Source: an uncultured Chloroflexia bacterium
Lineage (GTDB): Bacteria; Chloroflexota; Limnocylindria; Limnocylindrales; CSP1-4
Direction of reading: 5' to 3'
Length of the DNA stretch: 64,000 nt
Assembly (NCBI GenBank): GCA_963700245.1
Contig: CAVOWV010000017.1
Location: 64,236-128,235, forward strand
Positions 22,182-31,224 of the stretch are shown here, one piece after another. Position numbers and translations under genes: made by a program. Each line of letters opens with the position of its first letter. Within the stretch, counting starts at the first letter, position 1. The notes beneath the pieces were generated by a model. It searched no databases, was not told the origin of the DNA, and worked only from the letters and a program-made list of their open reading frames with translations.

Positions 22182-23334
22182 GCCGATGTGACCGTGCCCG
22201 CGTCTGCTCAGGATCGGGCTGGCGGCGCCGGCGCCTGGCCCATCGTCGGACTCCGTGAGGCTGCGCAGGCGGTCCGCCTGGTCCGCCATGACGAGCGCGT
22301 CGATCAGCGGGTCCAGCTGCCCCTCGAGGACCCCCGGGACGTTGTGGATCGTCGTGCCGATGCGGTGGTCGGTCACCCGGTTGTCGGGGAAGTTGTAGGT
22401 CCTGATCTTCTCCGACCGGTCGCCCGCCTGGACCATCTCCGCCGCTCGGCGCTCTGCTCCTCGCGCTGCTTCGCAAGCTGCAGGTCGTACAGGCGTGATC
22501 GGAGGACCGCGAGCGCCTTGGCCTTGTTCTTGTGCTGGCTCTTCTCGTCCTGGATCTCGACCACCAGGCCCGTGGGCAGGTGCGTGATCCGCACGGCCGA
22601 GTCGGTGGTGTTGACGGACTGGCCGCCCGGGCCCGACGCGCGCTTGACGTCGATCCGGAGGTCGCGGGCCTCGTCGATCTCCACCTCGACCTCGTCCACC
22701 TCGGGCAGGACGATGACGGTCGCCGTGCTCGTGTGGATGCGGCCGCTGGACTCCGTCGACGGGACGCGCTGCACGCGATGGACGCCGCCCTCGAACTTGA
22801 GCCGGCTGTAGGCGCCGTCGCCGGCGACCTCGAGGATCGCCTCCTTGATGCCGCCGATGCCGGTCTCGTTGAGGCTCATGAGGTCGGTGTGGAACCGGTG
22901 CTCCAGGGCATACCGGGAGTACATCCGCAGGAGCTCGGCCGCGAACAGCGCCGCCTCCTCGCCGCCGGCGCCGGCCCGGATCTCGACGATGACGTTGCGG
23001 TCGTCGTTGGGATCGCGAGGGATCAGCGAGACCTTGAGGTCCTCGATGAGCTGCGTCTCCCGGGCCTCCAACTGCGCGACCTCGTCGCGGGCCATCGACT
23101 TCATCTCCTCGTCCGTCTCGGCGTGGAGCATGTCGAGGGCGCCGGCCAGCTGCTCGCGCACGTCGCCCAGCTCCCGGTACGCGGCGACGACGGGCTCCAG
23201 CCGGGCGAGCTCCCGCCCAGCCTGCGCAGCTGGTTGGGATCCGAGAGCACCTCGGGCGTTCCCAGCTGGCGGCCGACCTCGTCGTACTGGCGCGCGAGGC
23301 CCGCGAGCTTGGTGTCGAGACTGGTGTCAGCCAT
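22182..23334 (-). CDS. prfA: Peptide chain release factor 1, two frame shifts as assembled; 3' boundary unclear
   Basis: [20 protein letters not shown]... (frame of ORF 23101..23511), then ...[17 protein letters not shown]...[11 protein letters not shown] (ORF 22373..23161), then ...[23 protein letters not shown] (start of ORF 21252..22436). The PxT tripeptide marks it as RF1. The last frame reads into prmC without a stop. Confidence 0.85.
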
Positions 23335-23353
23335 GGTGGTCCGGGTCCACCCG

Positions 23354-24394
23354 TCAGCCGGGGATGGGGGGGTCGATGGCGGCGGGCACGGTGGCCTCAC
23401 CCTCGGCCGCTGCCGCGGAGATCCCGGCATCCGCCTGCTCCTGCGCGGCGCGGACCCCAGCCGCCGTCTCACCGGGCCTGGGCATCGGGTCGCGGGCAAG
23501 GTCCAGGCCACCCTCGGGGATGGGGTCGCCGTCGGCCTTGATCGCCTCCTCGAGCGACACGATCGCGATCTCGATCATGTCGTCGGTCGGCTGCTTGGTG
23601 GTGATCTTCTGGACCAGGATCCCGGGCCACATGATCACCTTGACCACCGGGTTCGAGCGGTGGCGTGCCCCGAGGCGGAGGAGCTCGTAGCCGACCGCGG
23701 CGATGACCGGGATGAGGAGGATCCGGCTGGCGACCATGACCAGCGGGGTCTGCCGGCCGACGAGGCTGAAGGCCAGGATCGACAGCATGATCACCACCAC
23801 CAGGAACTCCGTGCCGCAGCGCTGGTGCGCGGTGGGGTACTTGCGGATGTACTCCGGGCGGAGCGGGTCGCCCGCCTCCATCGCGTGGATCGTCATGTGC
23901 TCGGCGCCGTGGTACTGGAACACGCGGTGGATGTCCGGCGTCCGGCTGATCACCGCGAGGTAGCCGATGAAGATCGCGATCCGCACCAGCCCCTCGACGA
24001 AGTGCTGGACGAAGTCGTTCTCGATGTTGCCGGCCGTCACGCTCGCGATCAGCAGCGGCAGGATGAAGAACAGGCCGATCCCGAGGACCGCGGTGATGCC
24101 CAGCATGAGGGCGACGCTGCCCTTGCCGATCTCGACGCCCTCGTCCTCGGCCTGGAGGCCGGCGGAGCGGATCAGCCAGCGCGTGCCCACGACGAGCGTC
24201 TCGTAGAGGACGACGAGACCGCGCACGAACGGCCACTTGGCGGAGCGATGGCCGTGCACCGTGCCCGAGTCGAGACGCTCGTGCTCGTAGACGATCCGGC
24301 CGTCGGGATGGCGCAGGGCAACCGCGATGGCGTCGCGGCCGCGCATCATGACGCCTTCGATCAGCGCCTGACCGCCGTAGTTGAAGCGGGGCAT
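23354..24394 (-). CDS. DUF1385 domain membrane protein
   Basis: [19 protein letters not shown]... and ...HGAEHM. 346 aa. The position upstream of prfA is common for this family. Confidence 0.8.
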   Translation of the reverse strand: MPRFNYGGQALIEGVMMRGRDAIAVALRHPDGRIVYEHERLDSGTVHGHRSAKWPFVRGLVVLYETLVVGTRWLIRSAGLQAEDEGVEIGKGSVALMLGITAVLGIGLFFILPLLIASVTAGNIENDFVQHFVEGLVRIAIFIGYLAVISRTPDIHRVFQYHGAEHMTIHAMEAGDPLRPEYIRKYPTAHQRCGTEFLVVVIMLSILAFSLVGRQTPLVMVASRILLIPVIAAVGYELLRLGARHRSNPVVKVIMWPGILVQKITTKQPTDDMIEIAIVSLEEAIKADGDPIPEGGLDLARDPMPRPGETAAGVRAAQEQADAGISAAAAEGEATVPAAIDPPIPG

Positions 24395-24490
24395 CCGCGA
24401 AGTCTACCGGGTGAGCGTCGTTCGGCCCCTCGGGGAGCCCGGCAACATACGCTCCCGTGGAAGCGTCTCAGGGCTGGCGTCCGTGAACCA

Positions 24491-25213
24491 CTCCGAGGGA
24501 ACGACCCATCGAGCCAGAGATCCCTCCTCGGCCTGCCGGTCCTGCTGCTCTTCCTCGCGGCATGTGGCGCCGGCGCGGCACCATCCGCGTCCCCAGCTGG
24601 TTTGACCGCCACCGACGTCGCCTCAACACCGGCCCCGACCCTCGAGGTCCCGGCGGCAACTGGGGCCTTCCCGACGTCCGCAGCCGGCGCGGCCGAGGTC
24701 CCGACGGCCCCGGCAGAGCCCGAGGCGGCCCTCCTCCACGGGGCGCGCCTCGACCTGCAGGGCAAGTGCGCCCCCCTGCGCACGGGCCTCCCGGCAGACG
24801 CGATGGGAGCCGTCGAGTGCACCGCGGCCAGCGACGTGGCGGCGCGGGCCTCGATGGTCGTGTTCGACACGCAGGCCCAGCTCCTCGATGCCTACCGGGC
24901 GGAGTTGGCTGCCCAGGGGATTGCGCCGCAGAGCAACGGAGGCCGCTGCGAGCCGGGTGTCGCGTCCGAGGGCGGATACGTGCCGGGCGACGGCCACCCC
25001 GGCTTCGAACCGGCGGAGCGCGGGGCATGCTGGACCGACGCCGCGGGGACGGCCCACTACGTCGCGACCCTGCCACCGTTCATCCTGCTGCAGGTCGACG
25101 GCCGCGCGGGTGCCACGATCAGCGGCGTCGAGCGCTTCGCGTGGCTCGGCAACCGGGACCAGCCCGGCAACCCGACGCTCTGGGCCGAGGAGCCGATGAG
25201 CCCCGAGAAGTAG
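24491..25213 (+). CDS. Hypothetical lipoprotein (start uncertain)
   Basis: A lipobox LLLFLAAC is followed by a Pro/Ala-rich linker and a Cys-containing domain. This is the 3' part of long ORF 22532..25213. I found no clean ATG/GTG in frame. Confidence 0.5.
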   Translation, partial: LRGNDPSSQRSLLGLPVLLLFLAACGAGAAPSASPAGLTATDVASTPAPTLEVPAATGAFPTSAAGAAEVPTAPAEPEAALLHGARLDLQGKCAPLRTGLPADAMGAVECTAASDVAARASMVVFDTQAQLLDAYRAELAAQGIAPQSNGGRCEPGVASEGGYVPGDGHPGFEPAERGACWTDAAGTAHYVATLPPFILLQVDGRAGATISGVERFAWLGNRDQPGNPTLWAEEPMSPEK

Positions 25214-25270
25214 CGCGAACCGCCTCTCGCGGCCAAGGCGTCCTCGGCCGTTCGGACGCATACTCCGGCG

Positions 25271-25714
25271 ATGCGCCTCGAACTGACCAAGCGCGGCGAC
25301 TACGCCGTGCGCGCGATGCTCGCCCTGGCACGCGGAGCCGGCAACGGGTTGCTGTCCGCGCGGCGGATCTCCGACGCGATGGGCATCCCCGTCCGCTTCC
25401 TGCCCCAGGTGCTCGCCGACCTGCAGCGAGGCGGGCTGGTCGAGGCCGCCCCCGGCCGTTCCGGCGGCTACCGGCTGGCTCGGGATGCATCGACGATCAG
25501 CCTCCTGGACGTGATCGAGGCGGTGGAGGGCGACTCCCGCCGGCAGTCGTGCGTCCTGCGCGGCGGTCCGTGCGGCGCGGACGGGTTCTGCGACGTGCAC
25601 GAGGTGTTCTTCGAGGGACAGGAAGCGCTCCGTACCCACTTCGCGCAGTCGATGCTCTCCGACCTCGCCGCTCCCGCCACCGGCGAAGCCCTGCTCGCAG
25701 TCCCCGAGGCCTGA
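25271..25714 (+). CDS. Rrf2-family transcriptional regulator (NsrR/IscR-like, three clustered Cys)
   Basis: MRLELTKRGDYAVRAML.L... is a winged HTH. The C-terminal CVLRGGPCGADGFC cluster has spacing compatible with Fe-S ligation. Confidence 0.85.
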   Translation: MRLELTKRGDYAVRAMLALARGAGNGLLSARRISDAMGIPVRFLPQVLADLQRGGLVEAAPGRSGGYRLARDASTISLLDVIEAVEGDSRRQSCVLRGGPCGADGFCDVHEVFFEGQEALRTHFAQSMLSDLAAPATGEALLAVPEA

Positions 25715-25748
25715 CGACCCGGACCGTTCGGGCCGGCGATCGTCCCCC

Positions 25749-27200
25749 TCAGCCGGCCGCCCGCAGCGCCTCCACGGCAAGCACCACCGACGCGACGACC
25801 GCCGCCGCCACGAGCACGCCGCCCGCGGCCGCCGGCGCCGCGAGGCCCATCGGCCACCCGATGGCCAGCAGCGCCACGCCACCGTTGAGGGCGAGCAGCC
25901 GCGGCGTCGCGACCCGCCCCAGGATCACCCGCTGGCGCCCGTGCTGCACCGGCGTGCCCGGGCCGACGGACGGGAGCAGGTGCGTCCACGAGGCCATCAG
26001 GACCTGCACGATCCAGCCGACGGCGAGCGGCGCCCCCACCGCCGTGGTTGACCACGCCTCGGCCGTGGCGCCGTGCCTGACCAGGAGCCCGGTCGCCACC
26101 GAGACGCCGACCACGAACCAGGTCACGCCCGCCAGCAGCCCGAGGGACGCGAAGCGGTGCCAGCCTGGATCGGAGGTCCAGCGGCCGCGCTCGCGCACGA
26201 CCCGCGCCGCCTCCAGGGCCGTCGCCAGTGTCCCCAGCATCACCAGCGCCGCTCCCCCGCCGGCCACGGGCCCGGATCCCACGAGCAGGCCGAGGACCAC
26301 GACCGGCGTCCCCATCGCGATGCCCAGCACGGCGAGCGCCGCGCTCCGGCGTGGGACGATCCGCCCGCCGAGGACCGTCGGCAGGAAGTGGAGCAGCGTC
26401 GCGACGATGACCAGCGACACGAACCCGATGACGTTGGTCCAGGCGTGGGCCGGACGGAGCTGTGCCCAGCGCTCGAGGATCGGCGCCCAGCCCGCCAGGA
26501 AGAGCATGCCGAGCACGCCACCCACGGCCACATTGACGAGCGCCAGCGTGTAGCCGAGCGAGACGATCGGGCGGCGGACCATCAGCCCCTTCCGGCCGGA
26601 CGCCCGGACGGCGAGCGCAAGCCACAGCATCCCGGTGAGGTAGAGCCAGCCGCCCACGACCGGGGCCCACGCCCAGGCCTGCCCGGGCGCGATCCCCCGC
26701 ACGGCGACCAGCGCCGCACCCACGGCCACGAACCCGACCGCCGCTTTCCGCAGGCGGGACGGTGCCGGATCGCCCGCCGCGAGTGCCGCGACGAAGAACG
26801 GCATCACGCCGGCGATGGCCGTGGACGCGCCACCGGCGAGCGCCAGGTGGAGCGGCAGCCAGGGTGACACGAAGTCCGCCCCGAAGCCGCTCGCGAGCGC
26901 GGCCAGCAGCGCCGCGACCAGGAAGCCGGCGGCCACGGCGATCGCCACCACGACGACCCGGCGATCGTCGGCGCGCCGGGGTCCGGGCTGGAACGGGCCG
27001 CCGACCGGGCGTGGGGCGGTGGGCGCCAGCGGGACGGCGAGCGGCGGTCGCGAGGGGGGCTCGCGCGGCGGGATCGGCCGCCGGCCAGCCGCGGCAGCAC
27101 CAGCGGTCGAGGCGGCCGCGTCGGCACCAGCGGTCGCGGGAGTCGCGTCGGTCGATTTCGAAGAGGCCGGGTGGCCCCCGGGCAACGGGTCGCTTGTCAT
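25749..27200 (-). CDS. Polytopic membrane protein, tentatively NnrS-like, with an Ala/Pro-rich N-terminal extension of about 90 aa
   Basis: About 11-12 TM helices with conserved-looking His in helices. AHAWTNVIGFVSLVIVATLLHFLPTVLG resembles the NnrS motif HAHEMLFGF..IAGFLLTAVPNWTG as I recall it. The gene lies between the Rrf2 regulator and nirK. Confidence 0.4.
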   Translation of the reverse strand: MTSDPLPGGHPASSKSTDATPATAGADAAASTAGAAAAGRRPIPPREPPSRPPLAVPLAPTAPRPVGGPFQPGPRRADDRRVVVVAIAVAAGFLVAALLAALASGFGADFVSPWLPLHLALAGGASTAIAGVMPFFVAALAAGDPAPSRLRKAAVGFVAVGAALVAVRGIAPGQAWAWAPVVGGWLYLTGMLWLALAVRASGRKGLMVRRPIVSLGYTLALVNVAVGGVLGMLFLAGWAPILERWAQLRPAHAWTNVIGFVSLVIVATLLHFLPTVLGGRIVPRRSAALAVLGIAMGTPVVVLGLLVGSGPVAGGGAALVMLGTLATALEAARVVRERGRWTSDPGWHRFASLGLLAGVTWFVVGVSVATGLLVRHGATAEAWSTTAVGAPLAVGWIVQVLMASWTHLLPSVGPGTPVQHGRQRVILGRVATPRLLALNGGVALLAIGWPMGLAAPAAAGGVLVAAAVVASVVLAVEALRAAG

Positions 27201-27214
27201 CTACTCAAATACAT

Positions 27215-27235
27215 ACTAAGTTACTGATAGTTAGT
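27215..27235. promoter_or_regulatory. AT-rich inverted repeat ACTAA-N11-TTAGT in the divergent NnrS-like/nirK promoter region; candidate Rrf2 operator
   Basis: The stretch CTACTCAAATACATACTAAGTTACTGATAGTTAGT (27201-27235) is conspicuously AT-rich in a GC-rich genome and contains the repeat. Confidence 0.35.
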
Positions 27236-27334
27236 CCGCAGACCGGATGGAGGATCGGGCATCGGGATGTCCGGCCACCGGCAGCGGGACCCGGACGGGG
27301 AACGACCGGGTCACAGCGAAAGGACTCAGAGGAC

Positions 27335-28744
27335 ATGCGTCTCCATCGCCTCGCAGTCACCCTCGCGCTGGCCGCCCTCACCGCCACGGCCTGCACGTCG
27401 GCCAAGGCCCCGGGCTGGACCTTCCCCGCGGCCACCGAACCCGCCGCACCCGCCGCCTCTGCCCCGGCAGCCGGCGTCGACCAGCCCGCCGGCAGCCCGG
27501 GCACCGCCGAGGCCGCCGCCGCGGGCACGATCGAGATCGAGAGCTTCGACCTGGGCTTCACGCCGGCGGCCATCACCGTCCCGGCGGCGGGCACGTACGA
27601 GGTCAAGCTGGTCAACACGGGATCGATCATGCACGACGTCACGTTCGCAGACGGCACGGTCATCGCAGCCGAGGCCGGGCAGACCGCGAAGGGAACGGTG
27701 GCGATCCCGGCGGACGGGCTCGCGTTCATCTGCTCCATCCCCGGCCACAAGGACGGCGGCATGGCCGGTGCGGTCAGCATCGAAGGTGCCACGGCAGGCA
27801 CCACGACCGGCGGCGACAGCCACGGCGGCCCCGCCCCCACGACCGACGTCGCGGCAGACCCGAACGCTCCCGCCTACGTCGTCCACGACCCCAAGGCGCC
27901 CCCGGTCCTCGAGGGCAGCGTCCACGACATCGACCTCGTCATCGAGGAGAAGGACATGACCGTCGCCACCGGCTTCGTGGTCAAGGTCTGGACCTTCGGC
28001 GGCACCGCGCCGGGTCCGGTGATCCGGGCGACGGTCGGCGACACGATCCGCATCCACCTCAAGAACCCGGCCACGAGCCAGCTCCCGCACTCCGTCGACT
28101 TCCACAGCTCGCTGGTCGCCTGGAACGACGAGATGACCTCGATCAACCCCGGCGAGGAGAAGCTCTACGAGTACAAGGCCGAGTTCGCCGGGGTCTGGAT
28201 GTACCACTGCGGCACCTCCCCGGCACTCCACCACATCGCCAACGGCATGGTCGGGATGATGATCGTGGAACCCAAGGGCGGCCTCGAGCCCGTCGACCAG
28301 GAGTTCGCCCTTGTCCAGACCGAGTGGTACCTGGGTCCCCAGGGCGAGCCCGCCTCGCTCACGAAGGCTTCCGCCGGTGCCCCGGCCCCCGACTACGTGG
28401 TCTTCAACGGCGTGGCCAACCAGTACCTGGACAACCCGATCCAGATCGAGACCGGCAAGACCGTCCGGGTCTTCATCCTCGATGCCGGGCCGTCGATCGA
28501 CAGCTCCTTCCACATCGTGGGCACGATCTTCGACCGGGTCATCAAGGAGGGCATCGAGCTCGAGCGCGGCAACCCCGGCAACTGGGGCAGCCAGGCCGTG
28601 GACCTCTCGCCGGCCCAGGGTGCGATCGTCGAGTTCAAGATGGCCGAGGACGGCCTCTACCCGATCGTGACCCACGCCTTCAACTTCGTCGGGCGGGGCG
28701 CCCTCGGCCTCTTCCAGGCCGGCGACGGCGACCCCAAGAACTAG
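27335..28744 (+). CDS. nirK: Copper-containing nitrite reductase with an N-terminal cupredoxin domain; lipoprotein
   Basis: The ATG at 27335 follows AAAGGA..GAGGA. The lipobox is LTATAC. The cupredoxin T1 Cu ligands are ..MHDVTF.. and FICSIPGHKDGGMAG. The NirK core has HSVDFH (T1/T2 His), WMYHCG...HHIANGM (His-Cys...His...Met), SSFHIVGTIFD and VTHAFNFVGRGALG. Confidence 0.85.
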   Translation: MRLHRLAVTLALAALTATACTSAKAPGWTFPAATEPAAPAASAPAAGVDQPAGSPGTAEAAAAGTIEIESFDLGFTPAAITVPAAGTYEVKLVNTGSIMHDVTFADGTVIAAEAGQTAKGTVAIPADGLAFICSIPGHKDGGMAGAVSIEGATAGTTTGGDSHGGPAPTTDVAADPNAPAYVVHDPKAPPVLEGSVHDIDLVIEEKDMTVATGFVVKVWTFGGTAPGPVIRATVGDTIRIHLKNPATSQLPHSVDFHSSLVAWNDEMTSINPGEEKLYEYKAEFAGVWMYHCGTSPALHHIANGMVGMMIVEPKGGLEPVDQEFALVQTEWYLGPQGEPASLTKASAGAPAPDYVVFNGVANQYLDNPIQIETGKTVRVFILDAGPSIDSSFHIVGTIFDRVIKEGIELERGNPGNWGSQAVDLSPAQGAIVEFKMAEDGLYPIVTHAFNFVGRGALGLFQAGDGDPKN

Positions 28745-28816
28745 CCTCCCCTCCCGTGCGCTCGCCGGCGGTCGCCTTCCCCGGGCGGCCGCCGGCGACT
28801 TCGTGTCCGCCGCGCG

Positions 28817-29245
28817 TCAGCGCCGGAGGGCGTCGGGGATCGCGACCTCGTCGCCCCGCCACATCGAGACCTCCTCGGTGGACAGGCGGCCGAAGTAGTT
28901 GAGGAAGTGGGCGCCATGGCGCTCCAGGACCGCGGAGGCCCTGACCATCCGGTCACGATCCGCGACGTGGACGGCGATCACCGCGCGCCCGTCCATGAGG
29001 GCGTGCTCGTAGACGAGGAAGTCCGGCGTCTGGTCCATCAGCGTGAACTGGAGGAGCCGGACGAGTCGCGAGAAGGCGTTTGGCTGGTGCCCGAGGCGGC
29101 CGAGTCGATCGCGTCCCTCGTCACCAACGAGCACGACCAGATCGACCTCGGCGAACGAGGCGTCAACCAGCGCCTCGACCGCTGCGGCGGCCTCCGCGGG
29201 TGCGTCGATGACGCCCAGGAGCCGGTTCGTGGGGTAGGTGATCAT
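28817..29245 (-). CDS. Hypothetical protein (142 aa)
   Basis: This is the 3' part of shadow ORF 28817..31195. The ATG at 29245 lies 8 nt after the CoA-transferase stop. I recognise no motif. Confidence 0.5.
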   Translation of the reverse strand: MITYPTNRLLGVIDAPAEAAAAVEALVDASFAEVDLVVLVGDEGRDRLGRLGHQPNAFSRLVRLLQFTLMDQTPDFLVYEHALMDGRAVIAVHVADRDRMVRASAVLERHGAHFLNYFGRLSTEEVSMWRGDEVAIPDALRR

Positions 29246-29253
29246 GCGGCGGG

Positions 29254-30495
29254 TCACGTGACGCCTCCGTCTCGCAGGGCGCGAGTGGCCGCGGCGTCGT
29301 AGCCCAGCTCCGCGAGGATCTCCTCGGTGTGCTCGCCGAGCAGGGGCGGGGCGGTGCGGATGGTGGCCGGCGTGGCGGAGAACGAGAACGGGAGCCCGAC
29401 CTGGCGCACGGCGCCCAGGACGGGATGCTCCACGTCCACGGTCATCCCGCGGGCCTGCGCCTGCGGGCTCGCGAAGGCGTCGGCGATGTCGTTGATCGGT
29501 CCGCACGGGACCTCGGCGGCATCGAGGGCGGCCAGCCAGTCGGCGGTGGGTCGCTCCGCGAAGCGGGCGGCGAGGATCGGGCGGAGGTCTCCGCGGTTGT
29601 CCACGCGGTCGCCGTTGGTCGCGAACCGGTTGTCCGCGGACAGGGCGCGGAGCCCGAGCGCCTCGCACAGGCGCGGCCACTGGCGCTCGCTGCCGACCGC
29701 GACCGCGAGCTCTCCGTCGGCCGTGGCGAAGGTCTCGTAGGGGACGAGGTTCGGGTGGGCGTTGCCGAGACGCCCGGGCGCCCGACCGGTGGCGAACGCG
29801 TTCTGCGCCTGGTTGACGAGGACGGCGAGGGTCGACTCGAGGAGGCTGACGTCGATGTGCTGGCCGCGGGCCCCGGATCCCGCCACGGTCTGTCCGCGGC
29901 CAATGAGGCCCGCCAGGATCGAGACCGCCCCGAACAGCCCGGTGACCACGTCCGTGATCGCGACCCCCACCTTCGTCGGCCGGCCACCATCGGCGTCGGC
30001 ATCGCCCGTGATCGACATGAGACCGCCCACCGCCTGGACCACGAAGTCGTAGCCGGGCTTCTGGGCGTCCGGCCCGTCCGGCCCGAAGCCGCTGATGGCG
30101 AGGTGGACGAGATCCGGGTTGAGCGCGTCGAGCGCGCTGTCGTCGAAGCCCAACCGGTCGAGGCCGCCGATGCGGAAGTTCTCCACGAACACGTCGCTCG
30201 CTGCCAGGAGCCGGCGGAGGACCTCGCGACCCTCCTCGCGCTTGAGATCGAGGCGGATCGAGCGCTTGTTGCGGTTCACCGCGAGGTAGTAGGCCGCGGT
30301 CCGCGTGCCGGCGGTCTCGTCGCCGACCCAGGGCGGGCCCCAGGTGCGGGTCGCGTCGCCCTCGGGCGGCTCCACCTTGACGACCTCGGCCCCAAGGTCC
30401 GCGAGGAGCATGGTGCAGTACGGGCCGGCGAGGACCGTGGAGCAGTCGGCGACGCGGATCCCGGCGAGGGGTCCGGGGGCGGACGGGTTCGGCAT
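29254..30495 (-). CDS. CaiB/BaiF family III CoA-transferase
   Basis: PLAGIRVADCSTVLAGPYCTMLLADLGAEVVKVEPP.GD..R; 413 aa. Confidence 0.88.
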   Translation of the reverse strand: MPNPSAPGPLAGIRVADCSTVLAGPYCTMLLADLGAEVVKVEPPEGDATRTWGPPWVGDETAGTRTAAYYLAVNRNKRSIRLDLKREEGREVLRRLLAASDVFVENFRIGGLDRLGFDDSALDALNPDLVHLAISGFGPDGPDAQKPGYDFVVQAVGGLMSITGDADADGGRPTKVGVAITDVVTGLFGAVSILAGLIGRGQTVAGSGARGQHIDVSLLESTLAVLVNQAQNAFATGRAPGRLGNAHPNLVPYETFATADGELAVAVGSERQWPRLCEALGLRALSADNRFATNGDRVDNRGDLRPILAARFAERPTADWLAALDAAEVPCGPINDIADAFASPQAQARGMTVDVEHPVLGAVRQVGLPFSFSATPATIRTAPPLLGEHTEEILAELGYDAAATRALRDGGVT

Positions 30496-30516
30496 CGTCC
30501 GATGGTAGGGGGAGCG

Positions 30517-31119
30517 TCAGCCTTCCGGGGCGGGTTCCGGAGCGGGTTCCGCGGCGAATTCCGGGGCGGGTTCCTGAGCGGGTTCCGCGGCGGGTTCCGC
30601 GTCCTGGACGGCTTCCGCGGTGGGCTCCGGGACTGGCTCCGGGATCGTGATGTCCACGACCTGGGCACCCGTCGCCCGGACCAGGTCCGCCGGCGCCAGG
30701 TGCAGGTTCACGCCACGCGCGCCGCCGCCGATCGCCACGACCTCCAGGCCGTCGATGCTGGCATCCGCGATCACCGGCCACGGCCGCCGGGCGCCGAACG
30801 GCGTGATCGCGCCGCGGACGTAGCCCGTCTCGGCCTTCGCCTCCTCCTCGGTGGGGAGCGTGAGCCGGTTCGTGCCCAGGAGCGCCCGCAGGGCCGGCCA
30901 GTTGAACCGGCGACCTCCGGGGACCAGGACGAAGAAGAAGTCGTCGGCGGCGCGGCGGACGAGAATCGAGCGCAGCAGGCTCCCGACCGGGATGCCCTGG
31001 AACGCGGCGCTCTCCTCGGCGCTTCGGGCGATCTCCGTCCGGACGACGCGGAACGGGACACCGGCGGCCTCCAGCGCGTCGATGGCCGGGGTGTGGGGCA
31101 GGGCGGGCTGGTCGGTCAT
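30517..31119 (-). CDS. YbaK/EbsC-type aminoacyl-tRNA deacylase domain protein with a Pro/Glu/Ala-rich tail
   Basis: TPAIDALEAAGVPFRVV...FFFVLVPGGRRFNWPALRALLG...GAITPFG. Start chosen at MTDQPAL. Confidence 0.7.
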   Translation of the reverse strand: MTDQPALPHTPAIDALEAAGVPFRVVRTEIARSAEESAAFQGIPVGSLLRSILVRRAADDFFFVLVPGGRRFNWPALRALLGTNRLTLPTEEEAKAETGYVRGAITPFGARRPWPVIADASIDGLEVVAIGGGARGVNLHLAPADLVRATGAQVVDITIPEPVPEPTAEAVQDAEPAAEPAQEPAPEFAAEPAPEPAPEG

Positions 31120-31224
31120 CGGCGCAGGGTAGCGCGGGAGGGCGTCCAGGGCTCGCGCCCCGCCGGGGGCGGCGTCGTGCGGGCAGCAGGTGCACCGTGA
31201 TCGCGAGGGCGTCACCATGGCCGC

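Noticed and set aside
22373-23334. Programmed +1 frameshift of the release-factor gene
   Set aside because: The protein is RF1 (P-S-T tripeptide; no SPF), whereas programmed frameshifting is a feature of RF2 (prfB). The shifts lack the CUU-UGA context, and similar disruptions occur in many unrelated genes.
24623-25882. 419-aa minus-strand ORF spanning the lipoprotein and Rrf2 genes
   Set aside because: It overlaps two plus-strand genes with clear features (lipobox; Rrf2 wHTH and Cys cluster), and its own translation is Arg/Gly/Ala-rich with no motif.
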